A stretch of 38,437 nucleotides of DNA from Methanolobus sp. UBA118 (GCA_002508635.1 DACO01000145.1:1-38437), one strand, 5' to 3'; positions 9,786-19,781 are shown, numbered from the stretch's first letter. Translations and numbers: made by a program. Notes: a model not told the origin generated them from the sequence alone.

Positions 9786-11690
9786 GTGGAAGATGAAAGG
9801 ATATCATATCACGATTCAGTTCGTACAGTATATAAACGCATAAAAGAAGACGGCATGACAAATGTCTGGGACCGCTACGTAGCACAGGGAATGGGAGGCG
9901 ATCCCGACAGAAGATGCGCCTTCTGCCAGGCCGGCGTGCGTTGTGACCTGTGCTCCAACGGACCATGCCGTGGCAGCGCTGCAAAGGACAAGCGCGGAGT
10001 CTGCGGTATCACGGCAGACGGAATGGCAATGCGTATGATGCTTCTGCGTAATGTGATGGGAGCATCCACTTACCACTACCATACAACACAGACCATAAAG
10101 ACACTCAGGGCTACCGCAAGAGGTGAAACCCCATTTGAGATCCGTGAAGAAGGAAAACTTCGCAGCTTTGCGGACAGACTGGGTGTTGACAGCAGCGGTG
10201 AAGTGAAAGATGTGGCCCTGCGACTCTGTGATTTTGTTGACGGGGATTTTGACAGGGAATATGGTAAGCCAAGCAGGATAGTCGAGCTTCTTGCACCGGA
10301 TGAACGTCAGAAGCTCTGGAAGGAAATTGGCATCTTCCCCGGCGGGATCAATTCCGAGATGATGCGGGCCACAAGCTCCTCCCTGACAAACGTTGACGGG
10401 GATTATGTGAGTCTGGCTCTCAAAGCAATGAAACTGGGAATAGCCATGGCCTATCAGAGCCAGATAGTTAATGAATACTGCCAGGACATGATGTACGGCA
10501 TACCAAGACCCCATAATATGCGTGTAGATCTTGGTGTGCTGGATCCTGATTATGTGAATATTTTACCCAACGGGCATGAACCGTTCCTGGGATTTGCCAT
10601 GGTACAGCTTGCCAGAGAGCAGAAGTGGCAGGACAAAGCAAAGGAAATCGGAGCAAAGGGACTCAGAATTATCGCCAACATCGAGACGGGACAGGAAATG
10701 ATCCAGAGATGGGAGATGGATGATGTTTTCTATGGTTTTACAGGAAACTGGATCATGCAGGAAGCGGTGCTTGCAAGCGGTTCCGTGGACGTGTTCGTAT
10801 CAGATATGAACTGTTCCATGCCCATTGATCCCCTGTATGCCGAGAAATACAGGTTCAGACTTATACCTGTGAGTGATTTGATTTCCTTTGAAGGAGTAAC
10901 TGAAAGGATGAACTATGTTCCTGAAAAGGCTCGTGAGCAGGCTGCGCAGCTTCTTCAGATGGGAATCGATAATTTCAAAGAGCGCAGGGAATCCGTTAAA
11001 CCTGTTACCGGACTGCCAATGAGGGAAGCTGTAGTAGGTTTTTCCACCGAGAGTATACTTGATGCGCTGGGAGGAAACCTTGATCCTCTACTGGATGCTG
11101 TCAAGGATGGAACACTGAGGGGAATAGCAGGTATGGTCTCCTGTACAACCCTGAGGGACTTCGGGCACGATAACCATACAGTCGATGTGGTGAAAGAACT
11201 CATAAAGCGTGACGTACTCGTGCTTTCCATGGGATGCGGTAACGGTGCCGTACAGGTTGCAGGCCTGTGTAGCCCCGAAGCAAAGGACCAGGCCGGGCCG
11301 GGTCTGAAAAGCATCTGTGAGGCTCTGGGAATCCCGCCCGTACTGAGCTATGGTACATGTACCGATACCGGCCGGCTTGGAGATCTGCTTGGTGCCGTAT
11401 CCGGGGCACTTGGAGATGTGCCGTTACCTGATCTTCCGGTCGTGGCAACGGCCCCGGAGTATATGGAACAGAAAGCAACTATTGATGCGGTATTCGCACT
11501 TGCACTCGGGCTTTATACACATGTGAATCCCGTACCCACGGTCACAGGTGCTCCTGACCTTGTGAAACTGCTAACAGAAGACTGCAAGGACGTTACAGGT
11601 GGATTGCTTAACGTGGAGACCGATACCATAAAAGCAGTGGACTCCATGATGGAGCACATTGAGGGTAACCGTAAGAAGCTGGGAATCTGA
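9786..11690 (+). CDS. cooS: CooS/CODH-family protein with atypical C-cluster ligands
   Basis: CAFC..G..CDLCSNGPC and GVCG D/B-cluster motifs; NGHEP, DMNC, SCTT, MGC, GTCTD, EQKA; NIETGQE replaces the usual ICCTGNE. Confidence 0.9.
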   Translation: MEDERISYHDSVRTVYKRIKEDGMTNVWDRYVAQGMGGDPDRRCAFCQAGVRCDLCSNGPCRGSAAKDKRGVCGITADGMAMRMMLLRNVMGASTYHYHTTQTIKTLRATARGETPFEIREEGKLRSFADRLGVDSSGEVKDVALRLCDFVDGDFDREYGKPSRIVELLAPDERQKLWKEIGIFPGGINSEMMRATSSSLTNVDGDYVSLALKAMKLGIAMAYQSQIVNEYCQDMMYGIPRPHNMRVDLGVLDPDYVNILPNGHEPFLGFAMVQLAREQKWQDKAKEIGAKGLRIIANIETGQEMIQRWEMDDVFYGFTGNWIMQEAVLASGSVDVFVSDMNCSMPIDPLYAEKYRFRLIPVSDLISFEGVTERMNYVPEKAREQAAQLLQMGIDNFKERRESVKPVTGLPMREAVVGFSTESILDALGGNLDPLLDAVKDGTLRGIAGMVSCTTLRDFGHDNHTVDVVKELIKRDVLVLSMGCGNGAVQVAGLCSPEAKDQAGPGLKSICEALGIPPVLSYGTCTDTGRLGDLLGAVSGALGDVPLPDLPVVATAPEYMEQKATIDAVFALALGLYTHVNPVPTVTGAPDLVKLLTEDCKDVTGGLLNVETDTIKAVDSMMEHIEGNRKKLGI

Positions 11691-11786
11691 TGCTTCCCTA
11701 TTTTATCTTTTTAGAATATCCAGATCAATGAGTTCAGGAAAACAAATTTCAATATTTATATAAATAACGATGACAATTATATCTTC

Positions 11787-13463
11787 ATGGAGATCCTCAT
11801 AACCGATATCGTTGATGCTGCCCTGATAAGCGGCGTTACTGCAGTTTTTCTTTTTGCTGACATCATTGCAAAGAACCATCTGAAAATCGGTCTCAGGGAT
11901 ATCGGTGCGGATCTGGCCCTGGGTGCGTTCGTGGTCCAGTTTGCTTTTCTTACAAATTTGCTGACGAACCAGCAGATGAGCTCTTTTAATGAGAACGTTC
12001 TGTTTGCGATTGGTTTTGCCATTATCTGGATACTATGCCTCTGGCTGCCAAGCAAAAGGGACATACTGGCCGACATGTTCTCATACACTCTTGGAATATT
12101 CGCGCTTGCCGGAGCTATCATGCATTCCCTCGGAGCTCCAAATCCCACCGGAATCCTGATAGTGACGGTTGCCTCATTCATCCTTTCGGTTATAGGTTTC
12201 CTTTTCGCAGATCATCTTAAAAGTGAATCAACTACCCAGAGATTCCGCAGCATTACTAAAAAGATGAATGTCTATGAGATGAACGAGAACTACAGAAAGA
12301 TAGATGCAGGAAAATCTGGTACCGACCCCCTTCAGCCTGTTATAGACATTATCAGGGGTGCCATCAGGGATGATGATACCCTGACAGCCACACGCGGAAT
12401 ACGCGAACTTGCGGATTTTGGTTCGGAACTTGTGCAATCCCACGATAATACTTCCCTGGTTATCAGGCATCTGAACTCACAACTTTACGGTCTCGGAATG
12501 CTGGCAGAAGAAGAGCGAAACAGAGATTTGATTGTCGAGGTCATTGATGCCTTCAAAACAATAGCATGTAGCTGTATTCAAAAAGGTATGGAAAAGAGCA
12601 CATTGCAGGCAATCGAACATCTTCACAATTTCTTCAGATGGCATATGGACAAAAGTTTCTTCCCGACCCTTGGCCGGATAGAGCTGATCAAAAGAGCTGA
12701 GACCACCACCGATCTCTATAATGTGCTCAAGAAGAATACCATCACCTCACCAAGGCATAAATTTGCCACTGCCAGTGGAAATATAGGTGAGAACGCTGCC
12801 AGGTTCAGGATGATAGAAGCAGCAGAGAGGTCTGTTGAACTGCTCAAGATCATTGCCCTGGATGCAGCATCCAAAAAAGACATCGATACGCTTGAATATG
12901 TGCGAAGCGCACTTGTTGAAGTCGCAGCTACGGTCAAGGAAAACAAGATCGAGCATCTTGAAAAGCAGATAATTACAACCCTCAGGGATATCTGTATCAA
13001 AGCCGTGCAGGAATCATCCGACAGGAAAAAGAACGATTCGCTTCCAAAGGCTGTTGCAGCATTAAGAGATGTGGGAGAGATATTCGGGGAGAGGTCCTAT
13101 CCTGATGTGACAGGTTCCCTGAAGGATATAGGTATCGTGGCCGCCAGAAGGCATTCCGATTCCAAGGTCTCCCATGTGATACCTCATATAGAGCACTTCT
13201 GTCTGCTTGCTTCGGAAAAACAAATGGATGACCATGCATCAAGTTCGGTGGTCGCTATCATGGAGGTATGCAGAGCTTCCATAAGGGAGCAGATGGTTGA
13301 ATCCACAGCCAGATCATCAAAGACACTTGCCAGCCTCTCAAACAGGGAAGACCTTACGATCTTTGTTAATGAGGCCGTTTTCGAGCTTGGGAAATACAGG
13401 GAAATGGACAGAGAGATGTTCGCCCTGTTCGAGAAAACCTATAACAACTCTGGTGGGAAGTAA
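11787..13463 (+). CDS. Hypothetical membrane protein (about 5 N-terminal TM helices plus helical-repeat domain)
   Basis: 558 aa ORF; hydrophobic first 140 aa, then amphipathic helical repeats. Confidence 0.75.
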   Translation: MEILITDIVDAALISGVTAVFLFADIIAKNHLKIGLRDIGADLALGAFVVQFAFLTNLLTNQQMSSFNENVLFAIGFAIIWILCLWLPSKRDILADMFSYTLGIFALAGAIMHSLGAPNPTGILIVTVASFILSVIGFLFADHLKSESTTQRFRSITKKMNVYEMNENYRKIDAGKSGTDPLQPVIDIIRGAIRDDDTLTATRGIRELADFGSELVQSHDNTSLVIRHLNSQLYGLGMLAEEERNRDLIVEVIDAFKTIACSCIQKGMEKSTLQAIEHLHNFFRWHMDKSFFPTLGRIELIKRAETTTDLYNVLKKNTITSPRHKFATASGNIGENAARFRMIEAAERSVELLKIIALDAASKKDIDTLEYVRSALVEVAATVKENKIEHLEKQIITTLRDICIKAVQESSDRKKNDSLPKAVAALRDVGEIFGERSYPDVTGSLKDIGIVAARRHSDSKVSHVIPHIEHFCLLASEKQMDDHASSSVVAIMEVCRASIREQMVESTARSSKTLASLSNREDLTIFVNEAVFELGKYREMDREMFALFEKTYNNSGGK

Positions 13464-13626
13464 AACCAGCTTTTCGAAGATTATATGTACTGTCATTGTA
13501 TTCTAATATTGCTGAGTGGTCACGTTAGAGTTTAGCGGACCTCAAATTTGAATTTACTTAAATTTAAAAACAAAAGGCTAAGGCAGGTCCAGACCTGGAA
13601 CTTAAAGCCTGTAAGAAGGGATTATT

Positions 13627-14520
13627 ATGGAAATCAACGGAGTAGAAATTGAAGATACTTTCGCAGAAGCGTTTCCGATCAAGATTGCAAGGGTTCTCAT
13701 CACCGCAGCTACAAAACGCTGGGCAGAGATAGCCGCCCTGGAAGCAACAGGATTTGGTACATCAGTTATCATGTGCCCTGCAGAGGCAGGGATCGAGAAG
13801 TTCGTAGGCCCTGATGAGACACCTGACGGAAGACCTGGTGTTTACGTCCAGTTCTGCACCTTCGGATACGAATCACTCGAGCACCAGTTACTCGAGCGCC
13901 TCGGCCAGTGTGTGCTTACAGCACCAACAACAGCAGTCTTTAACGGCCTTCCGGATGCTGAGAAGCAGTTCAACGTAGGTTTCAAACTCAAATTCTTCGG
14001 TGACGGAATGGAATCCGAGACTGAGATTGACGGTCGCAAAATGTTCAGCATCCCGATCATGGAAGGAGACTTCCTCGTGGAAGAGAACATCGGCGCTGTT
14101 GCAGGTATCGCAGGCGGTAACTTCTTTATCTTCGGTGACAGCCAGATGACCGCACTCACAGCAGCAGAAGTTGCTGTAGATGCTATCAAGGATCTTGAGG
14201 GTACAATCACCCCGTTCCCAGGCGGAATCGTTGCCAGTGGTTCCAAGGCAGGTTTTAACAACTACAAGTTCATGAAGGCAACCGCAAACGAGAAGTTCTG
14301 CCCATCAATCAGGGACAAGGTCGAAGGCACTGAGATCCCGGAAGGTGTAAAGGCAGTTTACGAGCTTGTCATCAACGGTCTTGACGAGGATGCAATCCAG
14401 AAGGCAATGAAGGCAGGAATTGAGGCAGCCATTGCAGTTCCTGGTGTATCGAAGATCACCGCAGGAAACTACGGCGGAAAGCTCGGAAAGTACCAGTTCC
14501 ACCTGAAAGACATCTGCTGA
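13627..14520 (+). CDS. ftr: Formylmethanofuran--tetrahydromethanopterin N-formyltransferase
   Basis: [54 protein letters not shown]. Confidence 0.98.
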   Translation: MEINGVEIEDTFAEAFPIKIARVLITAATKRWAEIAALEATGFGTSVIMCPAEAGIEKFVGPDETPDGRPGVYVQFCTFGYESLEHQLLERLGQCVLTAPTTAVFNGLPDAEKQFNVGFKLKFFGDGMESETEIDGRKMFSIPIMEGDFLVEENIGAVAGIAGGNFFIFGDSQMTALTAAEVAVDAIKDLEGTITPFPGGIVASGSKAGFNNYKFMKATANEKFCPSIRDKVEGTEIPEGVKAVYELVINGLDEDAIQKAMKAGIEAAIAVPGVSKITAGNYGGKLGKYQFHLKDIC

Positions 14521-14550
14521 TTGTCTTTTCTTTTTCTCTTTTCTATTTTT
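14521..14550 (+). terminator. Oligo-T terminator of ftr
   Basis: TTGTCTTTTCTTTTTCTCTTTTCTATTTTT directly after the stop codon. Confidence 0.6.
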
Positions 14551-14620
14551 AACGTACTCTAATTCCTGCATTTTTTTCAATTACCATTCTTCCTAGTAGT
14601 TATCTTAAACTGCAGAATTG

Positions 14621-14638
14621 TGGCCTTAATATTCAACT
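14621..14638 (-). promoter_or_regulatory. 18-bp island motif, copy A
   Basis: AGTTGAATATTAAGGCCA; TTTAAGAT 11 nt downstream; faces the ftr 3' end with no gene downstream. Confidence 0.5.
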
Positions 14639-14693
14639 AAATATTTCCAGTTAGCTTTGCTTGTTAATGTATGGGCCTTACCAGACAAATTTG

Positions 14694-14711
14694 AGTTGGA
14701 CATTGTGACCA
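14694..14711 (+). promoter_or_regulatory. 18-bp island motif, copy B
   Basis: AGTTGGACATTGTGACCA, 7 nt, then TAAATAAA; upstream of gene 14861. Confidence 0.7.
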
Positions 14712-14860
14712 TAAATAATAAATAAATTATGTGTAAATTGTAATTAATTTATTAACTGAATTTACAGTGTAGGAGCTTCCCTGTGACAAAAAATGTTCAA
14801 AAATCAAAATCTTCTGGGGGATTTTTTATCAGGTATATCAGCTTAATATGGAGTATTTAA

Positions 14861-15232
14861 ATGACAGAAAACCGAGGAAGATACCTGGTAATAATTGGTG
14901 GAGTTTTAGGTATCTTTGTAAGTTTAGGACTATACGGCTTAATTGAAGGGATAATAACCACCAATTATATAGCTATAGGCTTTATTTATTGTGCGACACC
15001 AGTACTGGGAATATCTGACCCAAAAACAGTGTTGGCAATCTATACATTTTCAGCAACAGCACTTGCAGTTATTGGAATCATAGCAGCTTACCGATTATCG
15101 GAAAACGTACGTAATTCTGCATTCATTATAATTGCATCTGGTTTGGCTGGATTCCTATTCATGGGCTTTTTGTGGATTCCAACGGGAATTTTGTTTGTAC
15201 TTGGTGGAATACTATTAATGAAAGATAATTAA
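14861..15232 (+). CDS. Small multi-pass membrane protein
   Basis: 123 aa, about 4 hydrophobic helices, GGAG RBS. Confidence 0.75.
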   Translation: MTENRGRYLVIIGGVLGIFVSLGLYGLIEGIITTNYIAIGFIYCATPVLGISDPKTVLAIYTFSATALAVIGIIAAYRLSENVRNSAFIIIASGLAGFLFMGFLWIPTGILFVLGGILLMKDN

Positions 15233-15271
15233 AGCTTGGTATCCCAACTTAGCATTTATGCAAATTGAAAA
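15233..15271 (+). repeat. About 38-bp direct repeat, copy 1
   Basis: AGCTTGGTATCCCAACTTAGCATTTATGCAAATTGAAAA; shares TCCCAACTTAGCAT and CAAATTGA with 15697-15734. Confidence 0.8.
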
Positions 15272-15311
15272 CTGATCATTGGAACTGATGCCTATAGGGA
15301 GGGCAATATTA

Positions 15312-15683
15312 GTGCCAAATGAGAAAAGAAAAATCGATGAAAATAAGGAACACCCATATGTTTCGATAGCAAAAGCATTTGGATTATTGATTGTTATATT
15401 TTTCCTACTCTCTGCAGCCTTTTTTGTGTGGAGTGGATACAACCACATAAATTCAAAGGAAATAGATGCCAGACTACTGGATGCTGTTCCCGATGAGTTT
15501 GTCATAGTTACGGAAGAGGAACTAAATGACTATCCATCACTCGAAAAAGCAATAGATACTCAGACTTATGTAAAAGCAAATCCTCATGAATGGAGCAAAA
15601 CAATAGATTTTCTTGACGAAAAGGGTTCGCATGTAATCAAATTCGAGAATGAATATTATCAAATCATGTTTATAACTGCATAG
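15312..15683 (+). CDS. Hypothetical protein with one TM anchor
   Basis: ORF 15279..15683; the GTG at 15312 follows GGGAGG; hydrophobic AFGLLIVIFFLLSAAFFVW then an acidic domain. Confidence 0.7.
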   Translation: MPNEKRKIDENKEHPYVSIAKAFGLLIVIFFLLSAAFFVWSGYNHINSKEIDARLLDAVPDEFVIVTEEELNDYPSLEKAIDTQTYVKANPHEWSKTIDFLDEKGSHVIKFENEYYQIMFITA

Positions 15684-15696
15684 GAGAGTACAGGAT

Positions 15697-15734
15697 AGCT
15701 GGTGTCCCAACTTAGCATATACAAATTGAGAAAA
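15697..15734 (+). repeat. About 38-bp direct repeat, copy 2
   Basis: AGCTGGTGTCCCAACTTAGCATATACAAATTGAGAAAA. Confidence 0.8.
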
Positions 15735-15808
15735 GCCTGAGAGCTTGCTTACAGGATACAAAATCAGATTAGAACTATATATCCTGCACTTTTTAAGTTT
15801 CTGGTTGA

Positions 15809-16537
15809 TTACAAAACTGGACTAATAGTCCTTATTTCTATTATCGATCCCCACATGTGGAAACTCATCATATCATCACGTGGATAAGCTGTGAATCTGA
15901 CTTCCGTTCCATCAATGCTAAAATCATCCGGTAGGTTCATCAGGTCATATCTTGTGTCATCAGTGCCCACTATTCCATAAAATCCGCCTTCAAGATCTTT
16001 GTACGTCACAGTTCCAGTAGTATTGATGAGTTCACTTTCTGGAATAACATCGATGGTCAGTTCATAGCCGTCTTCGGTTCCTGTAATTTCTTCCAATGGA
16101 CGCACATAAATCCCAGATATAACCTGTTCACCTGTTTCAGTGACTTCAAATATCCACATGTGATACCCTGGTGCTCCTGCCAGTTCTGCACCTATACTCG
16201 CTCCGAGGTATGCGTCTTCTTTAAGTTTGAGTCCTTCACTGTATGTCATTTCCCATGAGTATCCATTAGCGATGTTTTCTTCAAGTTCAACTATAATGGT
16301 ATCTCCAACAATAGCATAGGCAGCACTCTGGTTGTCATACTCTGAAAAATGATGATAGACTGTTGACATTGTGCCTATGGCAACGCCAGATTTATCGGTG
16401 ATTCCGTTTTGATCATCTACATATGGTGTTGCAGTGCTGTATGTGGATTCGTTATTTGTATTTGTATCAATGCAACCTGTAGTAGAGGCAAGCAGGAGGA
16501 CTAAAAATAGGCTTGCTATTATACTTATTGATTTCAT
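15809..16537 (-). CDS. Lipoprotein with I42 (chagasin-like) protease inhibitor domain
   Basis: Lipobox STTGC; GDTIIVELEENIANGYSW, GAPG..W.F and YVRPLE resemble I42 motifs; C-terminal GTVTYKDLEGGFYGI domain. Confidence 0.8.
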   Translation of the reverse strand: MKSISIIASLFLVLLLASTTGCIDTNTNNESTYSTATPYVDDQNGITDKSGVAIGTMSTVYHHFSEYDNQSAAYAIVGDTIIVELEENIANGYSWEMTYSEGLKLKEDAYLGASIGAELAGAPGYHMWIFEVTETGEQVISGIYVRPLEEITGTEDGYELTIDVIPESELINTTGTVTYKDLEGGFYGIVGTDDTRYDLMNLPDDFSIDGTEVRFTAYPRDDMMSFHMWGSIIEIRTISPVL

Positions 16538-16580
16538 CTAGCATCACGTATGCTTTTTTGTAGCTATTAGACCGAACAGG

Positions 16581-17177
16581 TCATTTTATAGATCTAGCCA
16601 CCTTTAAAGCCTCTTCCTTGCTAGTCGTAGCAACAACATACATTTGGACGTCTTCTACATCCCATATCAAGGTATGAGTCTGTGTAAATTCTATGTATAT
16701 AGCTTCATGTCCATTGATACTGACAGTTTCATCATTATCAGTTGCCTGATACTTGAAAGAATCATTATGATGAATCCTTTCACTGATATCTATAAAATCA
16801 GTATTGTTCTTGTACCATAAATCAACACTTTCCAAAACACCCTCTTGAGCTGTTCCATCAACGCTTTTATGAATATATGCATGAGTGAAATTATAACCTT
16901 CAGGAATATATGAAGGATAACTTACCTCAAAACTTGCTCTATCCTGCACTTCTTCCAGTGATAGACGAACAGGAGTTTCATTTTTATTTAAATTGCTTGT
17001 TTGTAGTTGAGCAATAGATAAATTTTCTTCCATCAAGGTAGAATCCTGTAGTTCCTTCTCTTTTTGAACATCTGTTTCTGCAGTTTCTTCTTGGTCGGTC
17101 TGTTCGTCTAAGCAACCTGCTGTAAAAAATACAGATAACAAAATCAATAAAACGATTAATATTTCCTTATTTCTCAT
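16581..17177 (-). CDS. Lipoprotein with DUF4367-like domain
   Basis: Lipobox FTAGC; PSYIPEGY, VSINGHEA, LIW and SKEEALKVARSI. Confidence 0.8.
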   Translation of the reverse strand: MRNKEILIVLLILLSVFFTAGCLDEQTDQEETAETDVQKEKELQDSTLMEENLSIAQLQTSNLNKNETPVRLSLEEVQDRASFEVSYPSYIPEGYNFTHAYIHKSVDGTAQEGVLESVDLWYKNNTDFIDISERIHHNDSFKYQATDNDETVSINGHEAIYIEFTQTHTLIWDVEDVQMYVVATTSKEEALKVARSIK

Positions 17178-17258
17178 AATTTATACCTACTCACTCTTAA
17201 AGTTCATTACATAATTAATTATTTTTAATGCATGGGTAATTATTTAATAATTACTTTA

Positions 17259-17276
17259 TGGCCATTTCATCAAACT
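17259..17276 (-). promoter_or_regulatory. 18-bp island motif, copy C
   Basis: AGTTTGATGAAATGGCCA, 8 nt, then TTATTAAATA; upstream of gene starting at 17177. Confidence 0.75.
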
Positions 17277-17345
17277 GTTTTCAAATTAAGATTTTTACGA
17301 AAAATTGACTCAGGCACTTGATCAGAAGTAGTGACTGATAGTTTC

Positions 17346-17363
17346 AGTTGGATGATGTGGCCA
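17346..17363 (+). promoter_or_regulatory. 18-bp island motif, copy D
   Basis: AGTTGGATGATGTGGCCA, 5 nt, then TTTTAATA; upstream of gene 17441. Confidence 0.75.
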
Positions 17364-17440
17364 AATATTTTTAATACAACAATTTCTTTTCTTTAGTAAG
17401 TAAGAATGTATTCTAAATTTAAAAGTAAAGAAGGGTGTGC

Positions 17441-18559
17441 ATGAAAAAGAAAGCTCTATTGGCATTGTTTTTAATCGGGTTGAGTATTTTCATATCAGGC
17501 TGCGTTGATGATGAGCTTACAGCTGAACAGATTGCAGAAAAACTACAGGAGAAACAGGCAAACATCGAAGATTATTCGGCAACAGTTCACATGACAGCTT
17601 CTGCAGACGGTCAAGTTCAAGAGATAGAATATGAGGTTGTTCAGAAAATGCCAGATAAATCAAGATCTGTTGTGGTGGAGCCAGATGAGCAGGCCGGTAT
17701 TGTAACAGTTTGTAATGGTGAGAACGTGTGGGTTTATGATCCTGCAAATGATGCTGTTATAACAGACAGCCCTGAAAGTACTGATACATCTGCGGTTGAT
17801 TATACAGGTATACCTGCAATCGATTATACGAGTTTTATAAGTGGAATGCTAAACGAAAGTCATGTTTCGATTGGAGGACTTGAAAGAATTGATGACAGAG
17901 ATGCTTATATAATCAGTATGGTGCAAAAAGATAATTCCAGTAAAGGAGGGCCTGTGATTGATGGGAAAATGTGGATTGACAAAGAAACATGGATGCCAGT
18001 AAAAATAGAGATGGCTAGAGATGATGGGTATCAGGTTATCGTAGAATATCAAAACTTCAAGGTTAATACGGGTATCTCGGATGAAGAGTTCGAGTTTGAG
18101 ATCCCTGAAGGGGCAAATGTCTTTGATTTACGGCGTCGTCCTGTGAAAATGACATTTGAGGAAGCACAGGATATATCAGAGTTTGAGATGCTGGTTCCTT
18201 CTTACATACCGGAAGGATATGAACCGGACAATGTTCAGTTCAGCAACGATTCGCTTGTAACTGGTCGAAAAGAATCGTTCACATTGATATATTCAAGTGA
18301 AGAACACAACATTGCAATATCCGAATATTTCTACGAAGAAGGAAAGGATTCGAGTTCATTACCAATGAAGGAAGGTGAAAAGGTTTTTGTCAATGGTGCA
18401 GAAGCCAATCTCTATGCCATGGATGGTGATAACAAGTGGTTAGAATGGAAAACCGAATATGTGACCATTCATATTAGAGGACCTCTTGATACTGAAGAGA
18501 TTATAAAAATTGCAGAATCGATGGATGTTCCAACTTCTATTGTTAAAAACGAAATGTAG
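17441..18559 (+). CDS. Lipoprotein: LolA/RseB-like beta-barrel plus DUF4367-like domain
   Basis: Lipobox FISGC; KMPDKSR, VCNGENVWVYDP, WIDKETWMPVK, NTGISDEEFEFEIPEGA; then PSYIPEGY...EEIIKIAESM; start at 17441 (ATG) or 17435. Confidence 0.85.
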   Translation: MKKKALLALFLIGLSIFISGCVDDELTAEQIAEKLQEKQANIEDYSATVHMTASADGQVQEIEYEVVQKMPDKSRSVVVEPDEQAGIVTVCNGENVWVYDPANDAVITDSPESTDTSAVDYTGIPAIDYTSFISGMLNESHVSIGGLERIDDRDAYIISMVQKDNSSKGGPVIDGKMWIDKETWMPVKIEMARDDGYQVIVEYQNFKVNTGISDEEFEFEIPEGANVFDLRRRPVKMTFEEAQDISEFEMLVPSYIPEGYEPDNVQFSNDSLVTGRKESFTLIYSSEEHNIAISEYFYEEGKDSSSLPMKEGEKVFVNGAEANLYAMDGDNKWLEWKTEYVTIHIRGPLDTEEIIKIAESMDVPTSIVKNEM

Positions 18560-18642
18560 TGTATTAGGAGGGAATATCAATAGAAAATAACAATTCGAAA
18601 AAAAAGGGATATTTTTCCCTGCTTCTATTTTGTGTTGGAATA

Positions 18643-18897
18643 GTGATTGGATTATTGGATTATTTGTATCTGGGAGAATATTTCATACTTATAACAATAC
18701 TGAGCTTTGCCGTGTTAGCTGCATCTATTGGGATGTTCTGGGAAAAACATAAAAGGATTTCAAAGTATCTATCAGTTCTTTTGCTGGCTACAGCTGGATT
18801 GTTCTTGTATTGGAGCACGGCTCGTATATTCTATGCTGTGCTGTCTCTTACTTTTGTTTTAATGGTCATTGTAGAGGACATGAGATTGACACGGTAG
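18643..18897 (+). CDS. Small membrane protein (about 3 TM)
   Basis: 84 aa hydrophobic ORF; start uncertain. Confidence 0.55.
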   Translation: MIGLLDYLYLGEYFILITILSFAVLAASIGMFWEKHKRISKYLSVLLLATAGLFLYWSTARIFYAVLSLTFVLMVIVEDMRLTR

Positions 18898-18969
18898 AGA
18901 CTATGACAATCAAAACAGTATTATTAACCTCAATCTCACCTTTTTACTTATACTGAAGGAGAAATCGAA

Positions 18970-19641
18970 TTGACACTTAAATCAATAGCCAACAAAATAA
19001 ACATCCCTTTGTTATTGATATCATTTACATACTTAGCAATGTGGATTGTTGGACTAATTGGATTCGTATTATCTCAACTCGTATCCAGCTTAAACATCCC
19101 CTATGTAATAGCTGATTATTTCATCCTCACTCTCTTCTATATGCTCTCTATGATCCTTCCTATGATAGGAATCCTGCTGTATATGGATGATATAAGACCA
19201 GTCTCAAAGAGATGGTATCTGGCAATTCCCCTCTTGATTTCTGCATTCTTATTAACGTATGTCAGAGATAATCTTTATATGACATCTATATTTGGTGTCT
19301 CATTCATGTCTGCCAATGGTAGCTTACCCTTCTTAGAGACACAAATTGGACAAGGCCTTGTATCAATATTATTCTCAATATCTTCCATACTGCTCGTTCT
19401 CTCAATGCCGGATATCAGAAGAAAAGTACTGAGAATACCTTTTGCTCTATCCATAGTTATGACTATATCATTTTCCATTTACGTCATAGTAACCCAGGTT
19501 ATAAGAGCATACTATTCCGATGTTCAGATATTCGGAATTTTACACATCATCTGCATTCTGTTATTTGGTCTCTTTCTTAGCTGGTTTGCAGTCTTTGAGG
19601 AAGAACTTTTATCTCAATTCCCGGATGCAAAAAGAAAATAG
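18970..19641 (+). CDS. Multi-pass membrane protein (about 6 TM)
   Basis: 223 aa, TTG start after AGGAG. Confidence 0.75.
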   Translation: MTLKSIANKINIPLLLISFTYLAMWIVGLIGFVLSQLVSSLNIPYVIADYFILTLFYMLSMILPMIGILLYMDDIRPVSKRWYLAIPLLISAFLLTYVRDNLYMTSIFGVSFMSANGSLPFLETQIGQGLVSILFSISSILLVLSMPDIRRKVLRIPFALSIVMTISFSIYVIVTQVIRAYYSDVQIFGILHIICILLFGLFLSWFAVFEEELLSQFPDAKRK

Positions 19642-19776
19642 AAGGGAAACTCACTTTCTACTTCTAACCACGCAGAAAGCTCCCATTATCACAAAAATGA
19701 GATCTATGGGACTAAATGAAGACAAGTAATTATCTCCACTAGATCCCTGATATGTATTATTAAATATTGTTCTCTT
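19608..19776 (+). repeat. About 170-bp direct repeat, copy 1 (other copy 23119-23289)
   Basis: Long identical runs, e.g. CTCACTTTCTACTTCTAACCACGCAGAAAGCTCCCATTATCACAA; copy 1 has a 2-nt deletion. Confidence 0.92.
19651..19776 (-). pseudogene. Orphan 3' end of a NosD-type surface protein gene
   Basis: Translates NNTYQGSSGDNYLSSFSPIDLIFVIMGAFCVVRSRK*, nearly identical to the tail of 23162..24718; no 5' part. Confidence 0.85.
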
Positions 19777-19781
19777 GTTCT

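Noticed and set aside
14783-14860. 25-codon GTG ORF ending directly before the ATG at 14861
   Set aside because: There is no recognisable protein feature, and its 3' part is simply the RBS region of the next gene.
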